Shown one piece after another: positions 48,975 through 60,936 of a stretch of 64,000 nt of DNA; the first letter of the stretch is position 1, and every line of letters begins with the position of its first letter. The notes under the pieces are model-generated. The model was not told the DNA's origin. It did no database searches and was given only the letters and a program-made list of their open reading frames with translations. This stretch comes from Syntrophorhabdaceae bacterium (GTDB lineage: Bacteria > Desulfobacterota > Syntrophorhabdia > Syntrophorhabdales > Syntrophorhabdaceae). The position numbers and the translations under genes were made by a program. The stretch covers positions 32,001-96,000 of the forward strand of contig CAXXUO010000002.1 of the NCBI GenBank assembly GCA_963666485.2, in the 5' to 3' direction.

Positions 48975-49049
48975 ATACTTTCAATGGTTTACAAGCAATG
49001 CCCCGGAAAACACTCCTTCTTTCCCCAACAGTCTCCCCAACATTAGGGC

Positions 49050-49197
49050 AATAAAAAAGCCCCCTGTTTCCAGGGGCCGTGTGCCACTTTGGCAGCTATA
49101 AAGGGGTGGGACCAAAGTCTCGCGATCGATTGATAGTCAAGCGTTCGCATTAACTAAGCTTTCGCAGAATAAAAAAGACCCCAGTTTTGCCGGGGCC
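49050..49197 (-). terminator. two similar intrinsic terminator hairpins
   Basis: AATAAAAAAGCCCCCTGTTTCCAGGGGCC (49050) and AATAAAAAAGACCCCAGTTTTGCCGGGGCC (49168). Confidence 0.6.
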
Positions 49198-49244
49198 TTT
49201 ACCATAGACGTATATCACACATTGATAAAAGCTGAAGTGCATCA

Positions 49245-49459
49245 ATGTTTCAGATTAACTTTACCGACACGGAAATGACTGCAACAATGCGCGCAGAATT
49301 AAATTAATGATCGCTACCGGTTACAACAGCGAGTCCCTCTCCCCCAGAAAAGTAAAAAGGTACGGCATCAAGAAATTGCTGACGAAACCCATCTATAGAA
49401 AGGAGATGGCGAAAGCCATCCAGGAAGTGCTCGATACATCAGTCGCTATTACCAATTAA
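49245..49459 (+). pseudogene. decayed receiver (REC) domain fragment
   Basis: FQINFTDTEMT, then an in-frame stop/frame change, then MIATGYNSESLS..YGIKKLLTKPIYRKEMAKAIQEVLD. Confidence 0.6.
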
Positions 49460-49663
49460 AGGAATCCTGTCCACCAGAGCATAAGCGCCATGGGCGCCAG
49501 AAATAAATATCCGGAAGGTAACCCGCATGTAAAGAACCCAGGGGGAGTTCAGTGCCAATCAGGTCCCCTTCCCCTCTCCCAAAAAAGAATGCTTTTTTCA
49601 GGTCGTCGGGGTGTCCGGTTTATATGGAGCCACTACAAAGTCATCTCTATCAACAACTGGGTG

Positions 49664-52600
49664 TCAACAGGCTTCGTCGTCCGGGGTTTTTCTGAACCTT
49701 CCATACCTCAATGCCAGGGTGGGCAGAATGAGAAGATTTAAAGTTGTCGACGTCGTCAGTCCTCCGAGAATGACGATTGCCATGGGCCCTTCTATCTCTC
49801 GTCCCGGGGCGCCGCTGCCTATGGCCAGCGGGAGGAGCCCAAGACCTGTCACGGTTGCGGTCATGAGGATTGGCGCTAAGCGTTCGGAGGCGCCCCGGAT
49901 GGCCGCGTCAATACCCCAATCCATGCCCTCGACCACTACAAGGTGCTCGTAGTGCGAGATCAACATTATTGAGTTTCTGAGGGTGATGCCGAAGAGGGTG
50001 ATGAACCCCACGAGAGGACCGAGAGACAGCATGCCGCCCATGGCGAATACGGTCAGGACGCCGCCGACCAGGGCGAAGGGCACATTTGCCAGGACAAGCA
50101 GGAGATTCCGGGAATTCATCATCACGATCGACAAAAGCAGGATTATCCCTAGCCCGGCCAAACCCGGAATGGACGACCAGATCACGGCGCGATCTGGCCT
50201 CGGCCGCTGCGGTGCCGCCGAAGTCGACGTAGCTTCCCGGCGGGAAGGCAACACTTGAAACGATGCGCCTTCGGGCTTCATCGACGAACTTGTCTGCGGG
50301 GACCCCGGAAACATCGCAGGTGATCGTTTGTACGCGACGCGCACCGTCGTGCAGGACCATGGACCGGCCGGACGTTTCGTACACAGACGCAAGCTGGCCG
50401 AGCGGAACGTAGGCACCCGATGGGCCGCGAAGAGGGAGGGCGGCAACTGCGTCAATTGCTCTGCCGCTCCCGCGGAGAAAGGATCACGGTCACGTCGAAG
50501 ACGCGGTTTCCGTCGTACACCTGGCCCGCCGTTGTCCCGCGAAACGCCGTCCCCATAGCGTCCATGACCGTCACCGGGTCGAACCCCCAGCGTGCCACGT
50601 CGTAAGGACGCAGTTCGATTGCGACCTGCGGGGCCCCCCCGGAGGGGACTGCATCTGAACGCCCCTTGCCCCGGGCGTGCCGGCAAGGATCCCGCGCCGC
50701 CTCGCCTGCCTGGCGGTCCAGCTGTTCCAGGTCATTTCCATAGATATTCATCACAACGTCAGCACGATAGCCCGAGAGTGTCTCCTCGATCCGCTCGGTG
50801 AGGAAGGTTTTCAGCGCGAAGTTCACGCCTGCGAATTGTCCGAGGGCCTTCTGGATGTCTGCCTGTGCCCGCTCGGATCTCCCCCTCGGTGAGGTTCGGC
50901 TTGAGATCGACCCTCGAATTCGCTGGAGTTCGTGCTGAAGACGTCGGCCTCGGCTTCGGCCCTTCCGACCCTTTGAGCAACGGACCTGATATTGGGGATG
51001 CCCTTGAGCGCGCTGGCTACCAACGTCCCGATGCGGAGCGATTCACCGAGCGAGGTCCCCGGGACGGCGGACACGTGAAGGATGAAGTGGCCTTCACTCA
51101 GTTCCGGCAGAAAACTTGGGCTGAAAAAAGGGGATCGCCGCCATGCTGAGCACAGTGATAACGACGCCGGCAAGAATGATCGCCCGCGGTGACCGGCCCA
51201 CCGTGAGAAGGAAGAGAACGGTACCTCTTCTTGAGAAAGCGTAATCAGGGGAGGGTCCTCGTCTTTGAGCCCGCCCCTTCCGAGGAAAATGAAGCAGAGT
51301 GGCGGCGTCACCGTGAGCGCGATGGCCAGTGAGGCAAGGATGGAAAGAATGTACGCGATGCCGAGGGGGGCGAAGATCCGTCCCGCGAGGCCCGACATGG
51401 TGAGGACCGGAACGAATACGAGCGCCACGATGAACGTGGCGTACACGACAGCGCTTCGCACCTCGATGGACGCATCGAAGACGACGCGGATCGCCGGCCG
51501 CGGGTGAGGATCTCTGCGGTTCTCCTGCAGGCGCCTGAAGATGTTCTCCACATCGATGACCGCATCGTCGACCACCTCACCGATGGCAATGGCAAGCCCG
51601 CCGAGGGTCATCGTGTTGAGCGTGAACCCGAGGCGCTCCATTACGGTCACCGCCATGAGAAAGGGATAGCGGGATGGCCGTGCACGAGATGGCGGCCGTG
51701 CGGAAATTGAAAAGGAAGAGGAAAAGCACGAGAACGACAAGGACCGCCCCGATGATCAAAGACGTACGGATGTTGGCAAGCGCGGTTTCGATGAAATTGG
51801 CGGGGCGAAAGAGGTCAGACCGGACCTCCACTCCTTGCGTTCCGAGGGTGGCCTTAAGTCCGCCAAGGGCCTTTTCGACGGCATCGGTCACCTCCCGGGT
51901 ATTTGCACCGTACTGGGCCTCGACCATGAGGATGACCCCCGGCTTACCATCGATTGCCGCTGCCACCAAAAGCGGGTGCGGGCGCTTCGGGCGACGTGTG
52001 CCAGTTGCCCCAGGGTCACGTTCACACCGTTCTGTTGCGCAACGACGGTAGCCGCGATCCTTTGTGGGGTAAGAGCCTGACCTTCCGCCTGCAGGACCCA
52101 GGCGCTGGTTGCCCGTATCTATGAAACCGGCACCGACAACGCCCGTGGCACGGCGGGCCGCGTTCAGAACGTCGTCCATGGCCACGGCATATTGCGTGAG
52201 GCTTTCCGTAGCGACCTGGACCTGGTATTGCTTCACATCCCCGCCGAAGACCGCAACATTGGCGACGCCCGGAACGGAGAGCAGGCGCAAACGCACTGTC
52301 CAGTCCGCGATGGTCCTGAGTTCCATCTGCGTTAACGTGCCTGACGTGAGGCCTACGGCCAGGACGGTGCTGGTTGAGGATGTAAGGGGCGTCATGACGG
52401 GGGGCTTTGACTCCCCGGGGCAATTGGCTGAGCACGCGGGTCAGGCGCTCGGCCACCACCTGCCTCGCCCGGTAGATGTCCGTCCCCATCCGGAAGGTCA
52501 TAGTTATCACAGAGAGTCCCTGGATGGAGCCGGAGCGAAGGGATTCTATCTCCGGCACCCCGTTGATGGTTGTTTCAACGGGCGTGGTGACAAGGAGTTC

Positions 52601-52786
52601 CACCTGCTCCGCCGAGAGGCCCCCGGCGCTTCCGTCTGGATCTGCACCATCGGTGGAGCAAACTCGGGGAATACATCGTATTTGGCGTGGGACAAGGTAT
52701 AAAGGCCATATCCGAGAAGCGCAAACGCGAGGGCGATGGACGATGCCCCGGCGGTGAAGGGAGAACCAAACGATACTATTGAGCAT
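49664..52786 (-). pseudogene. CusA/CzcA-type RND permease, multiply frameshifted
   Basis: DVFPEFAPP, NTMTLGGLAIAIGEVVDDA, ERLAPILMTA, EIEGPMAIVILGGL spread over about 10 frame changes; near full length. Confidence 0.85.
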
Positions 52787-53848
52787 GCCGGCCTCTCACT
52801 CGCCTTCCGTGTCCCACCTGGATCCGGGAGCGGAACATCTCCGATAAAAGCTGCTGTGCCCCCTTCACGACGACCTTCTCTCCCGGGGAAAACCCTTTTG
52901 CTGCGACCCACCCGTTATCGGCCGGCAAGTCGGTAGGGACAATACGCTGGACGAACTCCTCCGGCCCGGTTTGAATATAGGCCCACGCCCTGCCCTGCCA
53001 CCACACAGCGCTCGATTGGGGGATAAGAACACCGTTAACAGGCGGACCGGAAGGGAAGAAGGCAACGAGATTCATCCCGGGAATCAACCCCCGGGTATTC
53101 TCCGCTGCATACAGGTAGCCCGGCGCCTGTATGCGCGGATCGAGACGGGGAAGAGGGGACACCAACCGCGCAGTGATGTTCTTTCCCGGCAAAACCAAGT
53201 TTAACGGTCTGAGGCGCCGTTACCTCAACTCCTGCGGGGGGCGTCACCTGAATCAGGAGATCTTCTTGAGCGACGAGCTTGCGAAACCGGGAGGAATCGG
53301 CGATCAACCATCCTGCGACGACAGGACCCCATTGCTGGCGCACACCGCTCTCCACGAGCGTCAGGGAATTCCGTGCGGCGTTGACGGTTGCGCGATCGGA
53401 GCGTGCTGTTCCTTCCGCGGCCTCAAGTGCCTTGAGGGAGGCATTTCGGTCCTCTTTGTAAAGGGCCGACAACCGTTCGTATTCTGCATTGGACACGGCG
53501 AGAAGGTTTCGCGCTTTTTCGAACTGCGCCTTTGCAGTGACATAGTTTGTCCTCAGGGTGTTCAACTCCTGCATGGACAGCACGATGGCCGCACCGCGCA
53601 CCTCCTGCCTGCTCACCGCCACTTCCAATGCCGACACTGCAATCCCGTTCTTTGCCGCCTCTTCGGCGGGCATCCTTATCGTGATCACGCCGTGTGCCGT
53701 GCTTACCCTCGCCGTCGCCTTGACGGGACGTTCGCGCTCAGCCTCTGTCTTTAGTGCATGACGGCCGTGCAGAAAACCCCAGACGAGCGCCGCAACGGCG
53801 AGGGGCGACCACGATGACAAACAGTGTGCGTCTTGTTCTTGCGTTCAT
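52776..53848 (-). pseudogene. RND periplasmic adaptor, frameshifted
   Basis: Fragments 53035-53820 and 52776-53198 (GEKVVVKGAQQLLSE); ATG 53848 is out of frame with the body. Confidence 0.75.
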
Positions 53849-55266
53849 TTAAGGCCGCTCCTTGAGCATGTCTGCGGCAGGCTGATCGGACGAAGGGAGC
53901 CCGCGAACCAGCCAGGTGGGTTCCAGGGGTTTCTGAACAGCATTTTCGAGGGCGCCAAGAGACGCCTGAGCACGGTCGAGCGCCGTCAATTGCGCCCGTG
54001 CCGCTACTACGGTCTGCAGGGCGCTACCTGTCAATGAAAGCCTGTCACTCTCACCGTGTTCGAAGGACCGCTTCGCGAGCACCTCTTTATCCCTGGCCAG
54101 TTTCAAGGCTTTTGAGGCTTCGGCGAGTTCGACCAGCGCCGACCGGTATCCGGCGAGAGCCCTTGCCGTTTCACCGATCACCTGTGCCTGGAGCGCGAGG
54201 AACCTCTCCTCGGCCTGTTTGCGCCCGGCCTCAGCCTCTGCGATCGGTCCCCGGTTGCGGCTGACAGGCAGCGTGAGAGAGACGCCGATGGTGTATTTGT
54301 TCGTTCCGGTGTCGAAGTTGTAGCCCGGCTGCCAGTCGATATTCGGGTACTGCTTCGCAATTTCCAACCTGTAAAAGTTGCCTCCGAGACTGCATACTCG
54401 GCAAGGGAACGCCTTATATCGAGCCGGTTGAGCACGGCAGCCCGCTCAACCTCCTCGAAGCCGGGGGCGACTGCAACAGGATGGTCGAATCCCGGCCAGG
54501 AGAGTTCAATGTTTTCAAAGGCCGTCACGGATACGCCGATAGCGGAGGCAAGATCGACCCTTGCCTGTGCAAGCCGACCCTCGGCCGTATGGATGGCAAG
54601 CCTCGCATTAGCGAGCTCGATGAGTGCGGTGTCGAGGTCGGGTCGCGGGATCTCACCGACATCGAAACGCCGTTGTACGAGCTCCGCCATTCGTGTCCGC
54701 AGCTCCTCTTCCGCGCGAAGCAGATCGACATTTCGTTTCGCTATGAGAAGGTTTGCAAGCGCGAGGCGGAGCCGGGCACGGACCTGCCACGCAACTTCCG
54801 CAAACTGGATCCGGGCCGCGTCGACTGACCTTTCGGCGACCTGAACACGCAGATCACGCTTGCCGGCCGTTTCCATGGGAATTGTCGGGACAATGGAAAG
54901 TATCCAGGGGTTTGGCGGGTTGTTGAATGCCCGGCCGACAGCGGCAGCAACGCGAGGATCAGGACGCTGTCCTGCGGTGATGACCCTTGCTTCGGCGAGC
55001 CTGACACCCGCTGCCGCGAGTGCGAGGTCCTGGTGATAGTAGAGCGAGGCGAGGGTGAGTATCGAAGGGTCCCACATGGCGGGTGGCCAGGATGGAAGGG
55101 CATGGCCCAAGTTTTGTTCCACGAAGACCCTCAAGCCGGGATTGTCCAGGGCTCGTTTCTCGAAACTCTTCGCCGTGTTCACGGGCGAAATCGGGTTGGG
55201 CCGGTAGACTGCACAACTCCAGATTGCCATTGCAATCAAGACAATTGCGAGACTGACCTTCATCAT
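53849..55266 (-). pseudogene. TolC/CzcC-type outer membrane lipoprotein, frameshifted
   Basis: Lipobox IWSC and METAGKR in 54178-55266; EIAKQYP..NRGPIAEAEA in 53849-54367. Confidence 0.8.
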
Positions 55267-55493
55267 AAGAGTATCTAATCATTCGCGGTAGTGGCTACAA
55301 GAGACGGCAGGCATTAAACAATATCCCTATAGACAGTGCCTCTCATCTGCATGGGCGCATCTTGCGTCTATTGAGGATCTTTTCGTTGTAATTGGGCCAA
55401 TGGCCCGATTAATTTTTGGTATATCCGGTCGTTCCGTATTGTGTATCGGGTACGGACACTTTAAAATTAGAAAAAGCAGAGAGGTGACGTATC

Positions 55494-55946
55494 ATGAAAA
55501 GATTTTTTGTAGTTTCAACAATAGTTTTGGCCGTCATTTTCTTATTTCTTTCCGGCCTGTCCTTTGCACAGGGGAAAAAGGGGGGAGGAGGCTGGGGTCC
55601 GGGAACGGCGTATAACAGGCTGTACGATCCGAACACCATGGAGAAATTGAAGGGGGAGATCGAAACAATAGAGCCGTTTACCCCCCGTAAAGGCATGAGC
55701 CAGGGAATTCACCTGGTCCTGAAGACTGACACGGGATCGATCCCCGTTCAGCTGGGACCATCCTGGTACATTGAAAAGCAGAACCTTACATTGACGGTTG
55801 GTGATAAGGTTGAAATAACCGGTTCGCGGGTCACTTTTGACGACAAACCCGCTATAATCGCTGCGGAGATCAAGAAAGGCGATAAGGTTTTAAAACTGAG
55901 AAATCAGGATGGTACACCGGTATGGAGCCGCCGGGGATCGAGATAA
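55494..55946 (+). CDS. exported OB-fold-like protein
   Basis: Signal peptide, Gly-rich linker, YDPNT..VQLGPSWY..GDKVEITGS..LRNQDG.PVW. Confidence 0.75.
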   Translation: MKRFFVVSTIVLAVIFLFLSGLSFAQGKKGGGGWGPGTAYNRLYDPNTMEKLKGEIETIEPFTPRKGMSQGIHLVLKTDTGSIPVQLGPSWYIEKQNLTLTVGDKVEITGSRVTFDDKPAIIAAEIKKGDKVLKLRNQDGTPVWSRRGSR

Positions 55947-55980
55947 ACCAGGCCGGAGTAACAGCCGAAATTGATCGATC

Positions 55981-57681
55981 CTATTTTTCCCGATGGAAAG
56001 GCCAGGCCATGAGGCCCCCTTCCATCACCTTCACATTCCTCCAGCCGTTCGCCTCCAGGACACGGGCAGCTTCGTACCCGCGGAGAGATATCTTGCAATA
56101 GCAGATTATCTCCGCGTCCCTATCCTGCGGAAGCTCGTTGAGCCTCTTACGAAGCATTCCGATAGGGATAAGTGTCTCGCCTATCCCAAGGCGCATCTGT
56201 TCGTACTCATCAGGGCCGCGTGCATCGAGAAAGAATGCCTTCTCCCTGTTGTCTATTTTTTTCTTCACATCCGCACACGAGATGCCTTTCATGAACCCGC
56301 GCATTTTATTCTGGATGATATGCGCAGAGGCTATGCCATGATCGATCGCCAATGAGAACGGAGGGGCATACGGGAGGTCAGCATTGATCATGTCATCGAT
56401 GGTCAGGGACCCCTTGATCGCCATTGCCCATTGAGCGATCTGCTTGCTGACGTCCCCAAGGCCAACGCATTGGGCGCCCAGCACACGTCCGGAGGACCTT
56501 TCGACGACGAGCTTCGACACGAGCATTTTCCCCTGCATGAAGCCGGGTTTATCGGGACTAGCATTTATCACGGTCTCGATATCCATGAATCCCGCGTCCC
56601 GCGCTGCCTTTTCCGAGAGCCCCGTCGATCCGGCCGTATAATCGAAGACCTTGCATATGCCCGTCTGGATCGTCCCCGGGAAACTGGCCCGGTTGCCTGC
56701 CGCTGCGTTTTCTCCCGCCACCCTGCCCTCGAGGTTGGCAAGATCACCGTAGGGCGCGAGGACCTTTTTCCCGGTGATAAGGTTCGTCACCTCGATGCAG
56801 TCGCCGACCGCGTATATATCGGGGTCAGATGTCTGCATGTAACGATCGACAGCGATACCGCCCGTCTCTCCGATCACTATTCCTGCATCCCGGGCAAGCA
56901 TGGTATTCGGGCTGACTCCTATCGCAACGACCGCCAATTCACAGGGAAGTTCGGTTCCGTTGCTGAGCTTGACCCCGGTGAGCCTGCCGTCCTCGCCGAG
57001 GAACGCGGCAAGTCCATTTTGTGTAATGACATTGGCATTTCTGCTCTTCACATGGTTCTCGACAAGCTTTGCCATCTCCCAGTCGAGAAACGTGAGGAGC
57101 TGGGGAAGAAGCTCGACGATCGTGATCTCGATCCCGGCGAGCTCGAGCGCCTCGCTCGTCTCCATGCCGATCAAGCCGCCGCCGATTATGACAGCCTTCC
57201 TGATCCTGCGTTCATCCCGCACACGCCTTAAAAAATCGGCATCCCGCATAGACTGAAGGGTCGTTATACCGGAGAGTTCGACTCCGGGAACCCGGGGATA
57301 CCGGGGAGAGGAACCTGTCGCCAGGATGAGCTTGTCGTAGCCGACCTCCTCGGTCTCTCCCGTGACGAGGTCCCGGCATGTTACCCGTTTTTCCTGCCTG
57401 TCTATATGGACCGCCTCGGTCTGGGTCTTCGCCACGATACCCTTCGCGCTTATGTAAAATTTCGGGTCCCGCGTCACGCCTGTCGGCGTGGCAAGAAGCA
57501 TGTTCCTGTCGTCGAAAACACCGCCGACATAATAGGGATACCCGCACGATGCCATGGAGAGGTCCGGGTCTTTCTGGATAATGACGATCTCCGCCTCTTC
57601 GTCCATTCTCCGTGCCCGCGCGGCAGCTTTGGGACCCGCGGCAGAACCGCCTATCACGACTATTTTTTTTCTGTCATTCAT
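55981..57681 (-). CDS. CoA-disulfide/persulfide reductase-like flavoprotein with C-terminal rhodanese domain
   Basis: GGSAAG, SMASCGYPY, GGGLIG, IYAVGDC, YAPPFS, YCKISLRGY. Confidence 0.9.
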   Translation of the reverse strand: MNDRKKIVVIGGSAAGPKAAARARRMDEEAEIVIIQKDPDLSMASCGYPYYVGGVFDDRNMLLATPTGVTRDPKFYISAKGIVAKTQTEAVHIDRQEKRVTCRDLVTGETEEVGYDKLILATGSSPRYPRVPGVELSGITTLQSMRDADFLRRVRDERRIRKAVIIGGGLIGMETSEALELAGIEITIVELLPQLLTFLDWEMAKLVENHVKSRNANVITQNGLAAFLGEDGRLTGVKLSNGTELPCELAVVAIGVSPNTMLARDAGIVIGETGGIAVDRYMQTSDPDIYAVGDCIEVTNLITGKKVLAPYGDLANLEGRVAGENAAAGNRASFPGTIQTGICKVFDYTAGSTGLSEKAARDAGFMDIETVINASPDKPGFMQGKMLVSKLVVERSSGRVLGAQCVGLGDVSKQIAQWAMAIKGSLTIDDMINADLPYAPPFSLAIDHGIASAHIIQNKMRGFMKGISCADVKKKIDNREKAFFLDARGPDEYEQMRLGIGETLIPIGMLRKRLNELPQDRDAEIICYCKISLRGYEAARVLEANGWRNVKVMEGGLMAWPFHREK

Positions 57682-57755
57682 TTAATCTTTCCCCTTTTCA
57701 ACAGATTCCGCATGAAGCCTATATATGCATTGAACAGCGTTATATCAATGGTTAT

Positions 57756-58265
57756 CTATTCACGCCTGGCAGGTTTGGGTCTATTCTCTTTTCCGGCAAA
57801 CCATCCCTCGCCGGCGTCGGGGAACGAATCGAAACGGGGAACGTAGGGCCTTATATCGAGAAGCGGCGTATCATCTATAATATCAAGGCCCTTCACCTCG
57901 AGCCTGTTTGCCTCCCTCTTCATTAGCCGGACGATATTTATCCCAATATAGTTGGGCCGGGCGGGATGGCGGGATGCAAAAATGCCGTGGGGCAGATCAT
58001 CGAGCAACATCGGCCGCACCATCTCGACAGGTCCGGCCCTGTCCAGGAGATAGATAAGGTAAACGTGCGAGAACTTTTCAATGTCTTGCAGGCCCTCGGC
58101 ATATTCCGGGAACACCTCGACCCAACCTGTCATGTCGGGCCTGAATATGCCCTGGATGGGTGCCTCATCCTTCGTTTTATAGGGGGAATGGATGATGCCC
58201 AGCGGCACCAAGTTGCTTTTCATTACCATGTGCCCGTCCCTATGATCATAAAATATTATCCCCAT
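57756..58265 (-). CDS. tsaA: TsaA/TrmO-family SAM-binding protein
   Basis: GIIHSPYK..APIQG, GIFASRHPARPN.IG, LDIIDDTPLLDIRPY; start may be 58229 or 58223. Confidence 0.85.
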   Translation of the reverse strand: MGIIFYDHRDGHMVMKSNLVPLGIIHSPYKTKDEAPIQGIFRPDMTGWVEVFPEYAEGLQDIEKFSHVYLIYLLDRAGPVEMVRPMLLDDLPHGIFASRHPARPNYIGINIVRLMKREANRLEVKGLDIIDDTPLLDIRPYVPRFDSFPDAGEGWFAGKENRPKPARRE

Positions 58266-58337
58266 TTCCCAGGCAGGTGCGCCGCATCTGATATTTTACG
58301 GCAATCACTATACGAAAAATTATGATGGAACTGTCTA

Positions 58338-58727
58338 TTATGCCTTTGGACCGGACATATACCGCGCCAAATGGTTCATTATGGCTTTTTTGAGGCCTGT
58401 CGCACCCAGATTCGAGCAATGAATCTTGTACTCGGGAAGCCCTCCCAATGCCTTGACGATATCCATATCATCAAGCATCATGGCTTCGTCGAGGTCCCTG
58501 CCGATCGCGAGTTCTGTCATGACACTCGCACAGGCGATCGAAGCAGGGCATCCCCGGATCTGATAGCGCGCTGCGACGATGACATTTTCTTCAACCTTAA
58601 TGAAGACCCGCAAGAAATCCCCGCAATTGGGGTCGCCAATTTCCCCAACCCCGTCGTGGTTGTTTATGATGCCCACATTGCGGGGATTCTCGAAATGGTC
58701 CATGACAATTTCAGTATATTCGTTCAT
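58338..58727 (-). CDS. NifU/IscU-type Fe-S scaffold
   Basis: YTEIVMDHFENPRNVG, NCGD, GCPASIAC, KIHCS; start moved to ATG 58727. Confidence 0.9.
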   Translation of the reverse strand: MNEYTEIVMDHFENPRNVGIINNHDGVGEIGDPNCGDFLRVFIKVEENVIVAARYQIRGCPASIACASVMTELAIGRDLDEAMMLDDMDIVKALGGLPEYKIHCSNLGATGLKKAIMNHLARYMSGPKA

Positions 58728-58790
58728 AGTGAAAAACCTTTCCCGGAGCGGATGACACAATGCATCCGCTCCGCTGATGGACCTGGCGCA

Positions 58791-60062
58791 TTAATGATCA
58801 CATGTGTTGGCGCCGGTGACGAGTGTTCCTTGCAAATAATTCACAACAGCCTGGCGAGGGTCAACCTCCTGCGCCCCTGTTACAACCTTGACACCCTGTT
58901 CGGCAAAAAGCTGCTGGGCGCGGCTTCCCATTCCGCCGGCTATTATGAATTTGACGCCCTGCTGCGCTAGCCATGGCGGCAGGATACCCGGTTCATGGGG
59001 CGGGGGTGTTACGAATGTCTCGCCGACGATCGTGCCGTTCTCATCGGCATCGTACAGGGCAAAAGATTCACAATGTCCGAAGTGCATGCACAGCTTGCCT
59101 TCGTTTGTAGGTACTGCAAATTTCATGATATCTCCTTTCACGGGGATATCCCCCTGGCCCGCGCCACTGGAGGGTATGACAGAGCTTTCTCCATTCGATG
59201 GTTTTGTCGTGGGCCGGGGAATATCCGCAGTCTCCGACGGATACTTGGATATTATCTTATCCACTATCGCTTCAAAATGTTTTGCGGCATCCGTGTTTAT
59301 ATATGCAAGGACATAGGGTTCCCCGCTGTCGCCGCTTTTCACGATCTCCGGGTCGAGCGGTACGGAGCCCAGGAACGGGACGTTCATCCTGTCCGCTAAT
59401 TCCTTCCCTCCTCCTTTCGAGAAAATATCGACCTCCTTGCCGCAATGAGGGCAGATGAAACCGCTCATGTTCTCGACGATACCCGCAACCGGCAGTCCGA
59501 GCTGGCTGCAGAACGTCACGCACTTGGCGACGTCGATCGTCGCGACCTGCTGGGGAGTCGTCACGATAACGGCGCTTGCCCTTTCCTTGATAAGCTGTCC
59601 CACGGAAAGGGGTTCGTCGCCCGTCCCGGGAGGAGCGTCGATGACGAGATAATCCAGGTCCCCCCACATGACATACTGAAGAAATTGTTTGATCACGTTG
59701 TATTTCAGGGGTCCTCGCCATACTATGGGCTGATCGTCATGCTCGATGAGAAGCCCCATGGATACGACGTGCAGCTTGGGATACGCCTCGATCGGGATGA
59801 TCTCGTTGTCTTTTACGCCGACCTTGTGGCCGGCGATGCCCAGCATCTTCGGTATGCTCGGCCCGTGGATGTCGACATCGAGAAGCCCCACTCTCTGGCC
59901 CTGCGCAGCGAGGCTCAGCGCAAGGTTTACCGCGACCGTGCTCTTGCCCACCCCGCCCTTGCCCGACAGGACCATAAGCGTTCTTCCTATCCTGCTCAGA
60001 TTTTGCTGTAAGATCAGGTCGTCCATTTCATTGTCCGGTGCTGTGTGTCCACACTCTGCCAT
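58791..60062 (-). CDS. Mrp/NBP35 Fe-S carrier fused to a NifB/NifX-like domain (Mrp-ORP type)
   Basis: SGKGGVGKST, WRGP, DAPPGTGDE, ENMS.F.CPHC; then FAVP..HFGHCE..PPHEPG..GGMG. Confidence 0.9.
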   Translation of the reverse strand: MAECGHTAPDNEMDDLILQQNLSRIGRTLMVLSGKGGVGKSTVAVNLALSLAAQGQRVGLLDVDIHGPSIPKMLGIAGHKVGVKDNEIIPIEAYPKLHVVSMGLLIEHDDQPIVWRGPLKYNVIKQFLQYVMWGDLDYLVIDAPPGTGDEPLSVGQLIKERASAVIVTTPQQVATIDVAKCVTFCSQLGLPVAGIVENMSGFICPHCGKEVDIFSKGGGKELADRMNVPFLGSVPLDPEIVKSGDSGEPYVLAYINTDAAKHFEAIVDKIISKYPSETADIPRPTTKPSNGESSVIPSSGAGQGDIPVKGDIMKFAVPTNEGKLCMHFGHCESFALYDADENGTIVGETFVTPPPHEPGILPPWLAQQGVKFIIAGGMGSRAQQLFAEQGVKVVTGAQEVDPRQAVVNYLQGTLVTGANTCDH

Positions 60063-60066
60063 ATCT

Positions 60067-60936
60067 TTACTCCTTGTAAAAAGATTTTATATGTTCCGCG
60101 ATCCCGCCGATCGCATGACTGGCGGGACTGTCGGGAGCATATTCTACAATGGCCTTGCCCTGGCGCTGGGCCTCCGAGATCTCCGTGTCATAGGGTATCT
60201 CGCCAAAGACCAATACTTTATTTTCCCTGCAATAATTTACGATTGTCCCGGTATGGTCCGGATTGATATCGCTCTTGTTTACGACGCATGCCGCGGGGAT
60301 CGTGAAATGCCGGGTAAGCTGCACGATCCTTTCCAGGTCGTGAATCCCGGATGCTGTCGGTTCGGTCACAATAACGGCAAGCGATGTTCCCGTTATGGAC
60401 GCTATGACAGGGCATCCTATACCCGGCGGGCCGTCGATGAGGATCCCTGACAGTCCCGCGCTGAGCGCTTTTTCTTTCGCCTCCGTCCTGACCATCGTGA
60501 CGAGTTTCCCGGAATTCTCCTCTCCGGGTAAAAGTTCTGCGTAGACAAAGGGTTCTCCGGTCGCCGTATCGCAAACATAGCAGTGCCCGGCGAGCGGCGT
60601 TGTAAATGTCACTGCGGATGCGGGGCAATAATAGTGACAGGCGCCGCACCCTTCACACGATACCGGATCGACAACATAGTCGTCAGAGATCGCACCGAAG
60701 CGGCACGCATCCCTGCAAATACCGCAGGTGGTGCACTTTTCGGGTAGTATCGCTGCTTTTTTCCCCGCAAAAAACTTTTTTTCCTCGAGAATGCGCGGGG
60801 ACACGACAAGGGAGAGGTTCGCGGCATCCACGTCACAGTCGACGAGGGCCTTGTTCTTCAGGAGATATGCAAGGGAGGCAACAACCGATGTCTTACCCGT
60901 TCCGCCTTTTCCGCTCACAATGACAACTTCTTTCAT
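60067..60936 (-). CDS. MinD-like P-loop ATPase with 2x[4Fe-4S] insert
   Basis: SGKGGTGKT, DCDVDAANL, CTTCGIC..C, CEGCGAC, GEENSGKLV, DGPPGIGCPV. Confidence 0.9.
   Translation of the reverse strand: MKEVVIVSGKGGTGKTSVVASLAYLLKNKALVDCDVDAANLSLVVSPRILEEKKFFAGKKAAILPEKCTTCGICRDACRFGAISDDYVVDPVSCEGCGACHYYCPASAVTFTTPLAGHCYVCDTATGEPFVYAELLPGEENSGKLVTMVRTEAKEKALSAGLSGILIDGPPGIGCPVIASITGTSLAVIVTEPTASGIHDLERIVQLTRHFTIPAACVVNKSDINPDHTGTIVNYCRENKVLVFGEIPYDTEISEAQRQGKAIVEYAPDSPASHAIGGIAEHIKSFYKE

Noticed and set aside
48975..49660. Integrase, toxin-antitoxin or sRNA gene after the tRNA
   Set aside because: No ORF or RNA motif I can support beyond the terminators and the REC relic
55494..55946. Magnetosome MamS/MamX-like assignment
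   Set aside because: Only a generic exported OB-fold-like resemblance; no heme motifs or mam genes nearby
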